DNA of 64,000 nucleotides from Escherichia coli (GTDB lineage Bacteria; Pseudomonadota; Gammaproteobacteria; Enterobacterales; Enterobacteriaceae): NCBI RefSeq assembly GCF_001677475.2, contig NZ_CP015229.1; one strand, 5' to 3'. Shown piece by piece: positions 51,409 to 64,000 of this stretch (position 1 is its first letter; each line of letters starts with the position of its first letter). The notes under the pieces were generated by a model. It saw only the letters and a program-made list of their open reading frames with translations, ran no database searches and was not told where the DNA came from. The position numbers and the translations under genes were made by a program.

Positions 51409-51724
51409 AAATGGCTTGTGAATACCACTGTCCTGTCACGATGGTTTCGTCCACCATGACGACAACGTAATAATCAGCTTTTGCAGCGACAGCTTTCGCT
51501 CTGATTTCTGCTAATGCGTCATCCGGAGAACCCCGAACCATCGTGCTTACGCTACCTATTCGCTGTAACCCTTGCGTCTGGTCGCGGCGAATCTCTTGCG
51601 GATGGTCCGTTACTGGCGGTGCTGGCTGTGGCGTACCTTGCAGTGCGCTACAGGCACTTAACATCAACACCAATAATAAACTGGCAAACCGGTAAATAAC
51701 GCTATTACGTTTCCTGCTAACCAT
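51395..51724 (-). CDS. bsmA: Biofilm stress and motility protein BsmA (YjfO), DUF1471 family
   Basis: ORF 51395..51823; start trimmed to MVSRKRNSVIYRFASLLLVLMLSACS (109 aa, lipobox LSAC); motif ADYYVVVMVDE. Confidence 0.85.
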   Translation of the reverse strand: MVSRKRNSVIYRFASLLLVLMLSACSALQGTPQPAPPVTDHPQEIRRDQTQGLQRIGSVSTMVRGSPDDALAEIRAKAVAAKADYYVVVMVDETIVTGQWYSQAILYSK

Positions 51725-51905
51725 AGTGTAGTGCCTTATTAATTTAACTTTGGGGGAATGTTCCCGAATTGTTACCTGGTACGCGATTTTCGAATGAAAA
51801 CGTGACGAAAGCGTAACCCACATCTCAACATTATGAACTAATACCGCCAGCAGAAACTTGTGCTAAGGATTTCTTCATGTCATACCAGACAAAAAGGAGA
51901 GACAG

Positions 51906-52655
51906 ATGATTGAAATAGAATCACGCGAGCTGGCAGATATTCCCGTTCTTCACGCTTATCCCACAGGGCAAAAAGAAACACCGTTACCATGCGTGATTTT
52001 TTATCACGGCTTTACTTCATCCAGCCTGGTGTATAGCTATTTTGCCGTCGCGTTGGCACAGGCTGGTTTGCGGGTGATTATGCCGGATGCGCCCGATCAC
52101 GGTAGCCGTTTTAGTGGCGACGCACCGCGACGGTTAAATCAATTCTGGCAAATCTTGCTACAAAGTATGCAGGAATTCACTACCTTACGTGCGGCAATAG
52201 CCGAAGAAAACTGGCTGCTTGATGACCGTCTGGCAGTCGGTGGCGCGTCGATGGGCGCGATGACGGCACTGGGGATTATCGCTCGCCACCCCACGGTGAA
52301 ATGTACCGCCAGTATGATGGGATCGGGCTATTTTACATCGCTCGCCCATTCACTGTTTCCACCGCTGATACCTGAAACGGCAGCACAGCAGAATGAATTC
52401 AATAACATTATCGCGCCGCTGGCAGAGTGGGAAGCGACAAACCACCTGGAACAACTTGGTGACAGACCTCTACTGCTGTGGCATGGCCTCGACGATGACG
52501 TTGTGCCTGCCGATGAATCACTACGTTTGCAGCAGGCCTTAAGCGAGACGGGACGGGATAAACTGCTAACCTGTTCATGGCAACCAGGCGTGCGTCACCG
52601 CATTACGCCTGAGGCGTTAGATGCTGCCGTGACATTTTTCCGCCAGCATCTTTAA
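51906..52655 (+). CDS. yjfP: Esterase YjfP (alpha/beta hydrolase)
   Basis: 249-aa ORF with GxSxG (GGASMGA). Confidence 0.88.
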
Positions 52656-53407
52656 ACACGCAGAATGCTGACCCCTTGCGCTTCCAGTTGTTGCAGGATT
52701 TCCGGGTTAGCATTTTTGCCGGTGATAAGCATATCGATTTGATCGGCACGGCTAAAAAGCATTCCCGCGCGTTCGCCAATCTTACTGCTATCAACCAGTA
52801 CCACCAGTTTCCCTACCACGCTCAGCATCTTCTGCTCTGCCATTGCCGTCAGCATATCGGTTTTATACAACCCTTCTGCGGTCAGTCCTTTGCCGCTGGT
52901 AAACATCCAGTGCCCGGCATAGAGACTGTTTTCGCTGCCCTGCGGGCTTAAAGTGATGGACTGACTTTTGTTGTACTGTCCACCCATAATGATCACGCTG
53001 TCATGTTCTTGATCGATCAGGTAATTTGCCAGCGGTAGATAATTAGTGATGATTTGAACTGGCTTGCCACACATTTCCCGCCCAAGCAGAAACGCAGTGG
53101 AGCCGCAGTTGATGACTACGCTTTCGCCCGGATTAACCAGCTGCGAGGCCGCTTTAGCAATACGTACTTTTTCATCGTGATTCTGCGCCTGATGCAGATT
53201 CATCGGCGTCCAGCGCGGGCGCTGTTGGGTAATAGCTTCTGCGCCATTGCGCACTTTTTTCAGTTTGCCGCTTTCGTCAAGTTTATTGATATCGCGTCGC
53301 GCAGTAGCAGGCGAAATTCCCAGACGCTCAACGACTTTCTCAACGGTCACAAAGCCCAATTGTGCGAGCATTTCCAGGAGGATTTGATGTCTTTGTGCTT
53401 CAGTCAT
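52652..53407 (-). CDS. ulaR: DeoR-family repressor UlaR
   Basis: 251-aa ORF with N-terminal HTH; overlaps yjfP stop. Confidence 0.92.
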
Positions 53408-53469
53408 GAGCTATTCCGATAAAATTTGATTTTTTTAGATGATATTTGAAATAGCCAGGAAATACTACG

Positions 53470-53501
53470 CCGGATAGCGCGAACTACTCCACGCTATCCG
53501 G
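53470..53501. repeat. Palindromic hairpin between ulaR and ulaG
   Basis: ccggatagcg...cgctatccgg inverted repeat. Confidence 0.5.
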
Positions 53502-53514
53502 TATAAACGACAGA

Positions 53515-54579
53515 TTACAGGAATGACTTGAACGGCAGATCCGGTTCAATAGTGAAGCAATCATCGAAACCACGCGGATAGTGGTACTCGAAGTTGTCTT
53601 TATCCAACGGCCAGGTAAATTTGCCGCCCACCTGCCAGATAAACGGCTTGAAGCCATACTTCAGACGATCTTTTTTCATCTCCCACAGCACGCGGATTTC
53701 TTGCGGATCGGCCTGGAAGTTTGACCAGATGTCGTGGTGGAACGGGATAACCACTTTCGCATTCAGGGCTTCACCCATACGCAGCATATCGGCGCTGGTC
53801 ATTTTGTCGGTAATACCGCGCGGGTTCTCACCGTACGATCCTAACGCCACATCGATCTGATGTTCGTTACCGTGCTTCGCATAATAGTTAGAGTAGTGGG
53901 AATCGCCACTGTGATACAGGGAACCGCCAGGGGTTTTGAACAGGTAGTTTACTGCGCGATCGTCCATGCCATCTGGCAGTACGCCAGCTGCTTTTTGATC
54001 GGCAGGCAGGGTGATCAGTGCAGTACGGTCGAAAGCGTCAAGCGCATGAATTTCAATGTCTTTCACTTTTACAACATCGCCCGGTTTGACCACGATGCAA
54101 CGCTCTTTCGGTACGCCCCAGCCAATCCACAAATCAACGCAGGTTTTCGGTCCAATGAACGGTACGTCATCATCACAGTTCTGCATCACGGCAGCAGCGA
54201 CGTTAACGTCGATATGATCGTTGTGATCGTGAGTCGCCAGTACCGCGTCGATCTGGCGAATCGCAAACGGATCAAGAACAAACGGGGTGGTGCGCAGGTT
54301 TGGCTGCAGTTTTTTCACGCCAGCCATGCGCTGCATCTGGTGACCCTGTTTCATTAACGGATTACCGTGACTTTGTTTGCCAGTGCCGCACCAGAAATCA
54401 ACGCAAACGTTGGTGCCACCTTCTGATTTCAGCCAGATCCCGGTGCAGCCTAGCCACCACATCGCAAATGTGCCAGGGGCGACCTGCTCTTGTTCAATTT
54501 CTTCATTCAGCCAGCTACCCCACTCCGGGAAAGTGCTCAGGATCCAGGATTCTCGGGTGATACTTTTCACTTTACTCAT
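53515..54579 (-). CDS. ulaG: L-ascorbate-6-phosphate lactonase UlaG (metallo-beta-lactamase fold)
   Basis: ORF 53515..54585; start trimmed to [12 protein letters not shown] (354 aa); HxHxDH motif ATHDHNDH. Confidence 0.92.
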   Translation of the reverse strand: MSKVKSITRESWILSTFPEWGSWLNEEIEQEQVAPGTFAMWWLGCTGIWLKSEGGTNVCVDFWCGTGKQSHGNPLMKQGHQMQRMAGVKKLQPNLRTTPFVLDPFAIRQIDAVLATHDHNDHIDVNVAAAVMQNCDDDVPFIGPKTCVDLWIGWGVPKERCIVVKPGDVVKVKDIEIHALDAFDRTALITLPADQKAAGVLPDGMDDRAVNYLFKTPGGSLYHSGDSHYSNYYAKHGNEHQIDVALGSYGENPRGITDKMTSADMLRMGEALNAKVVIPFHHDIWSNFQADPQEIRVLWEMKKDRLKYGFKPFIWQVGGKFTWPLDKDNFEYHYPRGFDDCFTIEPDLPFKSFL

Positions 54580-56331
<1,752 letters not shown>

Positions 56332-56346
56332 TAAGGAGTTTTGATT

Positions 56347-56652
56347 ATGACCGTACGTATTCTGGCTGTGTGTGGCAACGGACAAGGCAGTTCCATGATC
56401 ATGAAGATGAAAGTGGACCAGTTTTTAACCCAATCAAACATTGACCACACGGTAAATAGCTGCGCGGTTGGCGAATACAAAAGCGAGTTGAGCGGCGCGG
56501 ATATCATCATCGCTTCTACGCACATTGCGGGCGAAATCACCGTGACCGGCAACAAATACGTGGTTGGCGTGCGCAACATGCTCTCTCCTGCTGACTTTGG
56601 CCCGAAACTGCTGGAAGTGATCAAAGAGCATTTCCCGCAGGATGTGAAGTAA
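56347..56652 (+). CDS. ulaB: Ascorbate PTS EIIB
   Basis: 101-aa [19 protein letters not shown] (active-site Cys). Confidence 0.93.
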
Positions 56653-56661
56653 GGACGCGCC

Positions 56662-57126
56662 ATGAAATTACGTGATTCGCTGGCGGAAAATAAATCCATC
56701 CGCCTGCAGGCTGAAGCTGAGACATGGCAGGACGCAGTGAAAATCGGCGTTGACCTGCTGGTGGCGGCGGATGTTGTCGAGCCGCGTTACTACCAGGCGA
56801 TTCTGGATGCGGTTGAACAGCACGGTCCGTACTTTGTGCTCGCACCTGGCCTGGCAATGCCGCACGGTCGTCCGGAAGAGGGTGTTAAGAAAACCGGTTT
56901 TGCGCTGGTGACGCTGAAAAAGCCGCTGGAGTTCAACCACGAAGATAACGACCCGGTGGATATCCTCATCACTATGGCGGCGGTTGATGCCAACACCCAC
57001 CAGGAAGTGGGCATCATGCAGATCGTCAACCTGTTTGAAGATGAAGAGAATTTCGACCGTTTACGTGCCTGCCGTACCGAGCAGGAAGTACTGGATCTCA
57101 TTGACCGCACCAACGCGGCAGCTTAA
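56662..57126 (+). CDS. ulaC: Ascorbate PTS EIIA
   Basis: 154-aa ORF. Confidence 0.93.
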   Translation: MKLRDSLAENKSIRLQAEAETWQDAVKIGVDLLVAADVVEPRYYQAILDAVEQHGPYFVLAPGLAMPHGRPEEGVKKTGFALVTLKKPLEFNHEDNDPVDILITMAAVDANTHQEVGIMQIVNLFEDEENFDRLRACRTEQEVLDLIDRTNAAA

Positions 57127-57139
57127 GAAGGAATTGAAA

Positions 57140-57790
57140 ATGTCATTACCGATGTTGCAAGTCGCGCTGGACAACCAGACTATGGATAGCGCCTACGAAA
57201 CCACTCGCCTGATTGCCGAAGAAGTCGACATTATCGAAGTGGGCACCATTCTGTGCGTGGGCGAAGGCGTGCGTGCGGTTCGCGATCTGAAAGCGCTTTA
57301 CCCGCACAAAATCGTTCTGGCAGACGCCAAAATTGCCGATGCGGGCAAAATCCTCTCTCGTATGTGCTTCGAAGCCAACGCTGACTGGGTGACCGTTATT
57401 TGCTGTGCGGATATCAACACCGCCAAAGGTGCTCTGGACGTTGCAAAAGAGTTTAACGGCGACGTGCAGATCGAACTGACCGGTTACTGGACCTGGGAAC
57501 AGGCGCAGCAGTGGCGCGACGCAGGCATTCAGCAGGTGGTTTATCACCGCAGCCGTGACGCACAGGCCGCAGGCGTAGCGTGGGGCGAAGCGGACATTAC
57601 CGCGATCAAACGTCTTTCCGATATGGGCTTCAAAGTGACCGTCACTGGTGGCCTGGCGCTGGAAGATCTGCCGCTGTTCAAAGGCATTCCGATTCATGTG
57701 TTTATCGCTGGTCGCAGCATCCGTGATGCCGCTTCTCCGGTTGAAGCCGCGCGTCAGTTCAAACGTTCCATCGCCGAACTGTGGGGCTAA
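57140..57790 (+). CDS. ulaD: 3-keto-L-gulonate-6-phosphate decarboxylase
   Basis: ORF 56984..57790; start trimmed to [14 protein letters not shown] (216 aa). Confidence 0.92.
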   Translation: MSLPMLQVALDNQTMDSAYETTRLIAEEVDIIEVGTILCVGEGVRAVRDLKALYPHKIVLADAKIADAGKILSRMCFEANADWVTVICCADINTAKGALDVAKEFNGDVQIELTGYWTWEQAQQWRDAGIQQVVYHRSRDAQAAGVAWGEADITAIKRLSDMGFKVTVTGGLALEDLPLFKGIPIHVFIAGRSIRDAASPVEAARQFKRSIAELWG

Positions 57791-57799
57791 GGAGCGGAT

Positions 57800-58654
57800 A
57801 TGTTGTCCAAACAAATCCCGCTTGGCATCTATGAAAAAGCGCTCCCCGCCGGGGAGTACTGGCTGGAACGGCTGCAACTGGCAAAAACGTTAGGCTTCGA
57901 TTTTGTCGAGATGTCGGTAGATGAAACGGACGATCGCCTGTCGCGCCTCGACTGGAGCCGCGAGCAGCGTCTGGCGCTGGTGAATGCGATTGTTGAAACC
58001 GGCGTGCGCGTGCCGTCCATGTGCCTTTCTGCTCATCGTCGTTTCCCGCTGGGCAGCGAAGATGACGCGGTACGGGCGCAGGGGCTGGAGATTATGCGTA
58101 AAGCTATCCAGTTCGCCCAGGACGTTGGCATTCGCGTAATCCAACTGGCGGGCTATGACGTTTACTATCAGGAAGCCAATAACGAAACGCGTCGTCGTTT
58201 CCGTGACGGCCTGAAAGAGAGCGTTGAGATGGCAAGCCGTGCGCAGGTGACGCTGGCAATGGAGATCATGGATTATCCATTGATGAACTCCATCAGCAAG
58301 GCGCTGGGCTATGCGCACTATCTCAACAACCCGTGGTTCCAGCTCTATCCGGATATCGGCAACCTGTCGGCGTGGGACAACGACGTGCAGATGGAATTGC
58401 AGGCCGGAATTGGGCATATCGTCGCGGTGCATGTGAAAGACACCAAACCAGGCGTCTTCAAAAATGTGCCATTTGGCGAAGGCGTAGTGGATTTCGAACG
58501 TTGCTTCGAAACGCTCAAACAGAGTGGCTATTGCGGGCCGTACCTGATTGAGATGTGGAGCGAAACGGCGGAAGACCCGGCGGCAGAAGTGGCGAAAGCG
58601 CGTGATTGGGTGAAAGCGCGCATGGCGAAAGCGGGCATGGGGGAGGCGGCATAA
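57800..58654 (+). CDS. ulaE: L-ribulose-5-phosphate 3-epimerase
   Basis: 284-aa ORF. Confidence 0.93.
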   Translation: MLSKQIPLGIYEKALPAGEYWLERLQLAKTLGFDFVEMSVDETDDRLSRLDWSREQRLALVNAIVETGVRVPSMCLSAHRRFPLGSEDDAVRAQGLEIMRKAIQFAQDVGIRVIQLAGYDVYYQEANNETRRRFRDGLKESVEMASRAQVTLAMEIMDYPLMNSISKALGYAHYLNNPWFQLYPDIGNLSAWDNDVQMELQAGIGHIVAVHVKDTKPGVFKNVPFGEGVVDFERCFETLKQSGYCGPYLIEMWSETAEDPAAEVAKARDWVKARMAKAGMGEAA

Positions 58655-59340
58655 TGCAAAAGCTAAAACAGCAGGTGTTTGAAGCCAACATGGATCTGCC
58701 GCGCTATGGGCTTGTGACCTTTACCTGGGGCAACGTCAGCGCTATCGACCGCGAACGCGGGCTGGTGGTGATCAAGCCCAGCGGCGTCGCCTACGAAACC
58801 ATGAAAGCAGACGATATGGTGGTGGTCGATATGAGCGGTAAGGTGGTGGAAGGGGAATATCGTCCGTCTTCCGACACCGCGACGCATCTTGAACTCTACC
58901 GTCGTTACCCGTCGCTTGGCGGCATTGTCCATACCCACTCAACTCATGCTACCGCATGGGCGCAGGCGGGGCTGGCGATCCCGGCGTTAGGCACCACGCA
59001 CGCTGACTACTTCTTTGGTGATATCCCGTGTACGCGTGGATTAAGCGAAGAAGAGGTGCAGGGTGAGTATGAACTGAACACTGGCAAAGTGATTATCGAA
59101 ACGCTGGGCAACGCCGAGCCGCTGCATACGCCGGGAATTGTGGTGTATCAGCACGGACCGTTCGCCTGGGGGAAAGATGCCTACGATGCGGTGCATAACG
59201 CGGTGGTGATGGAAGAAGTGGCGAAAATGGCGTGGATTGCGCGCAGTATTAACCCACAACTCAATCACATCGACAGCTTCCTGATGAATAAACACTTCAT
59301 GCGTAAACACGGTCCTAACGCTTATTACGGGCAGAAGTAG
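58654..59340 (+). CDS. ulaF: L-ribulose-5-phosphate 4-epimerase
   Basis: ORF 58606..59340; start trimmed to [19 protein letters not shown] (228 aa); ATAATG overlap with ulaE stop. Confidence 0.92.
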   Translation: MQKLKQQVFEANMDLPRYGLVTFTWGNVSAIDRERGLVVIKPSGVAYETMKADDMVVVDMSGKVVEGEYRPSSDTATHLELYRRYPSLGGIVHTHSTHATAWAQAGLAIPALGTTHADYFFGDIPCTRGLSEEEVQGEYELNTGKVIIETLGNAEPLHTPGIVVYQHGPFAWGKDAYDAVHNAVVMEEVAKMAWIARSINPQLNHIDSFLMNKHFMRKHGPNAYYGQK

Positions 59341-59403
59341 AACACGCGCTGCGGAAATTTCCTTCCTCGGGAGATAACTGGTCTAATTCCGCAGCCGTTT
59401 TTC

Positions 59404-59435
59404 AAAAAAAGCCCCCTGCGAAGGGGGCAAAGCAA
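59404..59435 (-). terminator. Terminator after yjfY
   Basis: Hairpin gccccctgcgaagggggc (59411-59428) followed on the minus strand by T7. Confidence 0.7.
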
Positions 59436-59468
59436 ACTATGGCAATGTTTCGTTGGTTATACCTGGTG

Positions 59469-59744
59469 CTAGCGATAAATATCCGCGCTGGCGTGCATAT
59501 TGCCGTTACTCCCCGGTTCCCGCATTAGAATCACGTGGTAGTACGTTGCGCCCTGCGCATCTGTCTTTTCATTTAATGCCTGACGTGCTTCACTTTCAGT
59601 GGCGAAGTTATGGTTGATATAAATCACGCCTAAGCTTTGCACATCGTCCATATTTCTGGCCTGGTGGTTATTAATTTCAATGGCTGCCCATGTATTTGCA
59701 CTTAGCAAAAGCACAGCCAGAAGGGCTAAAATACGACTGAACAT
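59469..59744 (-). CDS. yjfY: DUF1471 periplasmic protein YjfY
   Basis: ORF 59469..59813; start trimmed to MFSRILALLAVLLLSANTWA (91 aa); motif GATYYHVILMRE. Confidence 0.85.
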   Translation of the reverse strand: MFSRILALLAVLLLSANTWAAIEINNHQARNMDDVQSLGVIYINHNFATESEARQALNEKTDAQGATYYHVILMREPGSNGNMHASADIYR

Positions 59745-59943
59745 AGATACCTCCTCAACGGCTGACTTTGTGTGCTCTCCTCTGTGATGCTCTTCTGATT
59801 TAATTTTAATCAATGATAAAGAAGTTGATGGTGACCATTTCTGATGCAGTTGTTCAAAAAAACACCATGATGAAGTGTGATGAACTTCAAATCAGCGTGT
59901 TAGTACGATTTGGTGAAGGATGAGATTTATTTGTCGGCTGGCC

Positions 59944-59972
59944 TTGAGTTTAGCGGGGCATACAAGTACTAT
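59944..59972 (+). promoter_or_regulatory. Candidate rpsF promoter
   Basis: TTGAGT - 17 nt - TACTAT about 100 nt upstream of rpsF. Confidence 0.4.
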
Positions 59973-60052
59973 AACGCGTCATTTTTCAGCCGACCTTTAA
60001 CACGTTCCTTGCCTCCCCGGGATTCGGCTGACCCAGACAGGAGGCTGAATAA

Positions 60053-60466
<414 letters not shown>

Positions 60467-60472
60467 TTTCTG

Positions 60473-61019
<547 letters not shown>

Positions 61020-61048
61020 TCGGTCACGGTCCATTAATACGACTTTGA

Positions 61049-61510
<462 letters not shown>

Positions 61511-61532
61511 TTCGTTATTCAACGAGACGTAA

Positions 61533-61570
61533 AAACGCCGACCACTGGTCGGCGTTTTGCTTTCTATTTT
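61533..61570. terminator. Bidirectional terminator between rplI and yjfZ
   Basis: Hairpin cgccgaccactggtcggcg flanked by A5 upstream and ttttgctttctattttt downstream. Confidence 0.8.
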
Positions 61571-61580
61571 TCGTCAGGTA

Positions 61581-62375
61581 TTAGTTTCGCAAGTAGATCC
61601 ATTCACCATTCTCTTGTGTCCATAATTCAGGATGGTTTGCTGGCGTTAGATGCATACGATCACTCCTTATGTCTCGGTCCTGCGGCACTCGCTCGAAACC
61701 CAAACCCGAGTAGATTGCTGCTGAACTTGATAAGGAACGCAGACCAATTTTCAAATCATGGGGTAAATCAGAATACGCGTTTAGCAATGCAGCAATGATG
61801 AATCCGAGGGCATTAGAAACGCCTGTAACAGTGCGAAGTTGGTCGATATAAAGATCGATTGTTGGTAGTTCAGATGACCAGCAATTAGGCATTTGGGCAG
61901 GAAGGGTTACAACGTATCCTATCGTTTGGCCGGTATAGTCTGGAGTACCATAACCTGGACCCAAAACAACCTCGTGTATTGTGTATTTACTGTTGGGTTC
62001 GAAGGATTCGACATCTTGCAATAAATATTTCAGTTCTGCGGTTAACCTCGCACCCGCGTAAGCTTTATTGTATTTCTGGGCGTGAATATTATCTAATGTA
62101 GCTTCATGGTTCCATCCAAAAGAATTATCACCATTCATTGTTATTCCATCGTAAGCATTACACCTCGTCGCTAACTTATTGAATGCTTGCCAGCCTGAGA
62201 GATCTAGTTTGTGGATCTCAACAGTATGTCTGCCATCGCAATTATGGTCTCTTCCACGATTTGAAAGTAATGTAGCGCGTGCGTATTGATGAAATTTTAA
62301 TTTTACTGGTTTGTCGGTGGACGAAAAACGGGGTGAATATGCAGGAAATGAATAAATAGTGGTTGGTAATGTCAT
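61581..62375 (-). CDS. yjfZ: Uncharacterised protein YjfZ
   Basis: 264-aa ORF, AT-rich; recalled as K-12 YjfZ. Confidence 0.75.
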   Translation of the reverse strand: MTLPTTIYSFPAYSPRFSSTDKPVKLKFHQYARATLLSNRGRDHNCDGRHTVEIHKLDLSGWQAFNKLATRCNAYDGITMNGDNSFGWNHEATLDNIHAQKYNKAYAGARLTAELKYLLQDVESFEPNSKYTIHEVVLGPGYGTPDYTGQTIGYVVTLPAQMPNCWSSELPTIDLYIDQLRTVTGVSNALGFIIAALLNAYSDLPHDLKIGLRSLSSSAAIYSGLGFERVPQDRDIRSDRMHLTPANHPELWTQENGEWIYLRN

Positions 62376-62645
62376 TGTATCGTTGCCTGTTTAATGTTTT
62401 TATAAATATCTCAGCTGAATGTTTACAGAATAAAGAATCGATATTAATAAAAATAAGTTTGTTTTCTGAAGTAGTGAAAATAGCGGATGGTGAAAGATAT
62501 TAATATCAAAAATCGCTCATTGTGGATATAACGATGCAGCAGGGAGGGGGGATATGATTGACAACGCGTTGGTAAGCGAGGTTCGATAACTCAAGCTTCT
62601 TTAAAAACGCCATAACCTCAATTATAGCGTTTTTATTTAAAATAA

Positions 62646-63923
62646 TTAGTGGGTAGCTAACTGTACTTGTGGTTCTTCATCTTTAACTTTGATAAGCGTC
62701 CACAACGCAATAGCACCAATAATGTCAAAGAAAGCCAGGGCAATAAAGAACGGCGCGAAGCCGATAATGTGAACGAATGCCCCGATGAACAGGTTGAAAA
62801 TCAACTGACCGCTCCACGCACAGGCTCCTGCCATACCCACTGCGGTAGCTACTTCGTCCTTTTTGAACAGATCGCCACCCAGAGTTGCTGCTACAGTAGA
62901 AAGACATTGATGCGAGAACGCGCCAATACTAATCAGTAATACGGCAATGTAGGGATTTTCGACAATACTCACCAGACCAATCGTCATCATAATGACGGCT
63001 GCAATAGTGAAGGTAATTCTTCGTGAGTTAATTAAACTCACGCCGCGATCGTGGAAGAACTTCGCGACAAAACCACTGGCTAAACAGCCGAGATCGCCCA
63101 GCAGGAAAGGCAGCCAGACGAACATGGCAATTTCTTTCAGGCTAAAATGCAGCGTTTCGACGAAGAAAATCGGCACCCAGAAGTTAATGGTTCCCCATGC
63201 CGGGTCTGCGAGAAAACGCGCGATGCCAATCCCCCAGAAATTACGTTGGCTGAGGATATGCTTGATTGACGTTTTTTCTTTCTTATCTGTTTTAAGATGC
63301 TGTTCTTGCCCTGATTCAATATAGTGGCGCTCTTCATCAGAAAGGCGTTTGGCATCTTTCGGATCTTTATAACAAAAGAACCAAAATAAAGCCGCGAGCA
63401 AAGCAAGGCTACCTGAAACAATAAACGCAAATTGCCAGCTATGAAACATAATGCACCAGGCAATCAACGGTGGAGCAAGCATCGCGCCGAGTGAGGTGCC
63501 CATATTGAAAACACCTGTCGCCACGCCACGCTCTTTTGCCGGAAACCATGTTGATGCGGTTTTTACACCTGCCGGAATTGCCGACGCTTCGCTGAAACCC
63601 ATCAGGGCGCGCATAAATGCCAGACCTGACCATGTTCCGGTTAGTGCATGGCCCATTGTCGCCAGGCCCCAAATTGCGGCACATATCGCAAAACTTAACT
63701 TCAGACCTACGGTATCAATAAAGAAGCCCATTACCGGTTGCCCTAATGTATAGGCCAACTGGAATGCACTGACAATCCATGAATATTGTTCTTTGGTTAT
63801 TCCGGTTGTCTCCATAATCGTTGGAGCCGCAATACCTAACGCCGTTCTGTCCAGATAATTGATTACAGTGATAAAGCATACGAGGGCAATCATATGCCAT
63901 CGATAATTCTTTATTTTATTCAT
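62646..63923 (-). CDS. MFS transporter, probably anion:cation symporter (hexuronate/aldonate-type) family
   Basis: 425-aa ORF with about 12 hydrophobic segments and MFS-like motif INYLDRTALGIAAP; not part of the K-12 gene order as I recall it. Confidence 0.7.
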   Translation of the reverse strand: MNKIKNYRWHMIALVCFITVINYLDRTALGIAAPTIMETTGITKEQYSWIVSAFQLAYTLGQPVMGFFIDTVGLKLSFAICAAIWGLATMGHALTGTWSGLAFMRALMGFSEASAIPAGVKTASTWFPAKERGVATGVFNMGTSLGAMLAPPLIAWCIMFHSWQFAFIVSGSLALLAALFWFFCYKDPKDAKRLSDEERHYIESGQEQHLKTDKKEKTSIKHILSQRNFWGIGIARFLADPAWGTINFWVPIFFVETLHFSLKEIAMFVWLPFLLGDLGCLASGFVAKFFHDRGVSLINSRRITFTIAAVIMMTIGLVSIVENPYIAVLLISIGAFSHQCLSTVAATLGGDLFKKDEVATAVGMAGACAWSGQLIFNLFIGAFVHIIGFAPFFIALAFFDIIGAIALWTLIKVKDEEPQVQLATH

Positions 63924-64000
63924 TTTTAAACCTTTTAATTATATTAATAAACCCTGGTTGTTGGTATTTCCATGTAATAGGCAATAAAAATCAGGTACAG

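Overview
The window reads as an Escherichia coli-type (Enterobacteriaceae) chromosomal core region, syntenic with the K-12 94-95 min segment: dsbD'-cutA-dcuA-aspA, fxsA, yjeH, groES-groEL, yjeIJ, epmB/efp, ecnAB, gdx(sugE), blc, ampC, frdABCD, epmA, yjeM, mscM-psd, rsgA/orn, glyV-glyX-glyY tRNAs, queG, the nnr-tsaE-amiB-mutL-miaA-hfq-hflXKC superoperon, yjeT, purA, nsrR-rnr-rlmB, yjfIJKLMC, aidB, yjfN, bsmA, yjfP, ulaR/ulaG/ulaABCDEF, yjfY, rpsF-priB-rpsR-rplI, yjfZ and a terminal MFS transporter gene. Gene calls rest on recognising the translated ORFs, with start codons trimmed by memory of the K-12 proteins; no search was run. I see no CRISPR array, IS element, integrase or prophage, and the six-frame track is almost fully accounted for by known genes. 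Non-coding features that can be read directly include three tRNA-Gly(GCC) genes, a guanidine-II (mini-ykkC) riboswitch upstream of gdx, the sigma32 groE promoter, the ampC promoter/attenuator overlapping the frd terminator, REP/BIME repeats and an ERIC element. This is largely an ordinary core region. The best candidate for an under-characterised system is the tightly packed yjfI-yjfJ-yjfK-yjfL-yjfM-yjfC cluster (PspA/IM30-like protein, membrane proteins and an ATP-grasp ligase), with secondary interest in AT-rich orphan genes (yjeJ, yjfZ, the terminal MFS gene) and two apparent differences from K-12 gene order.
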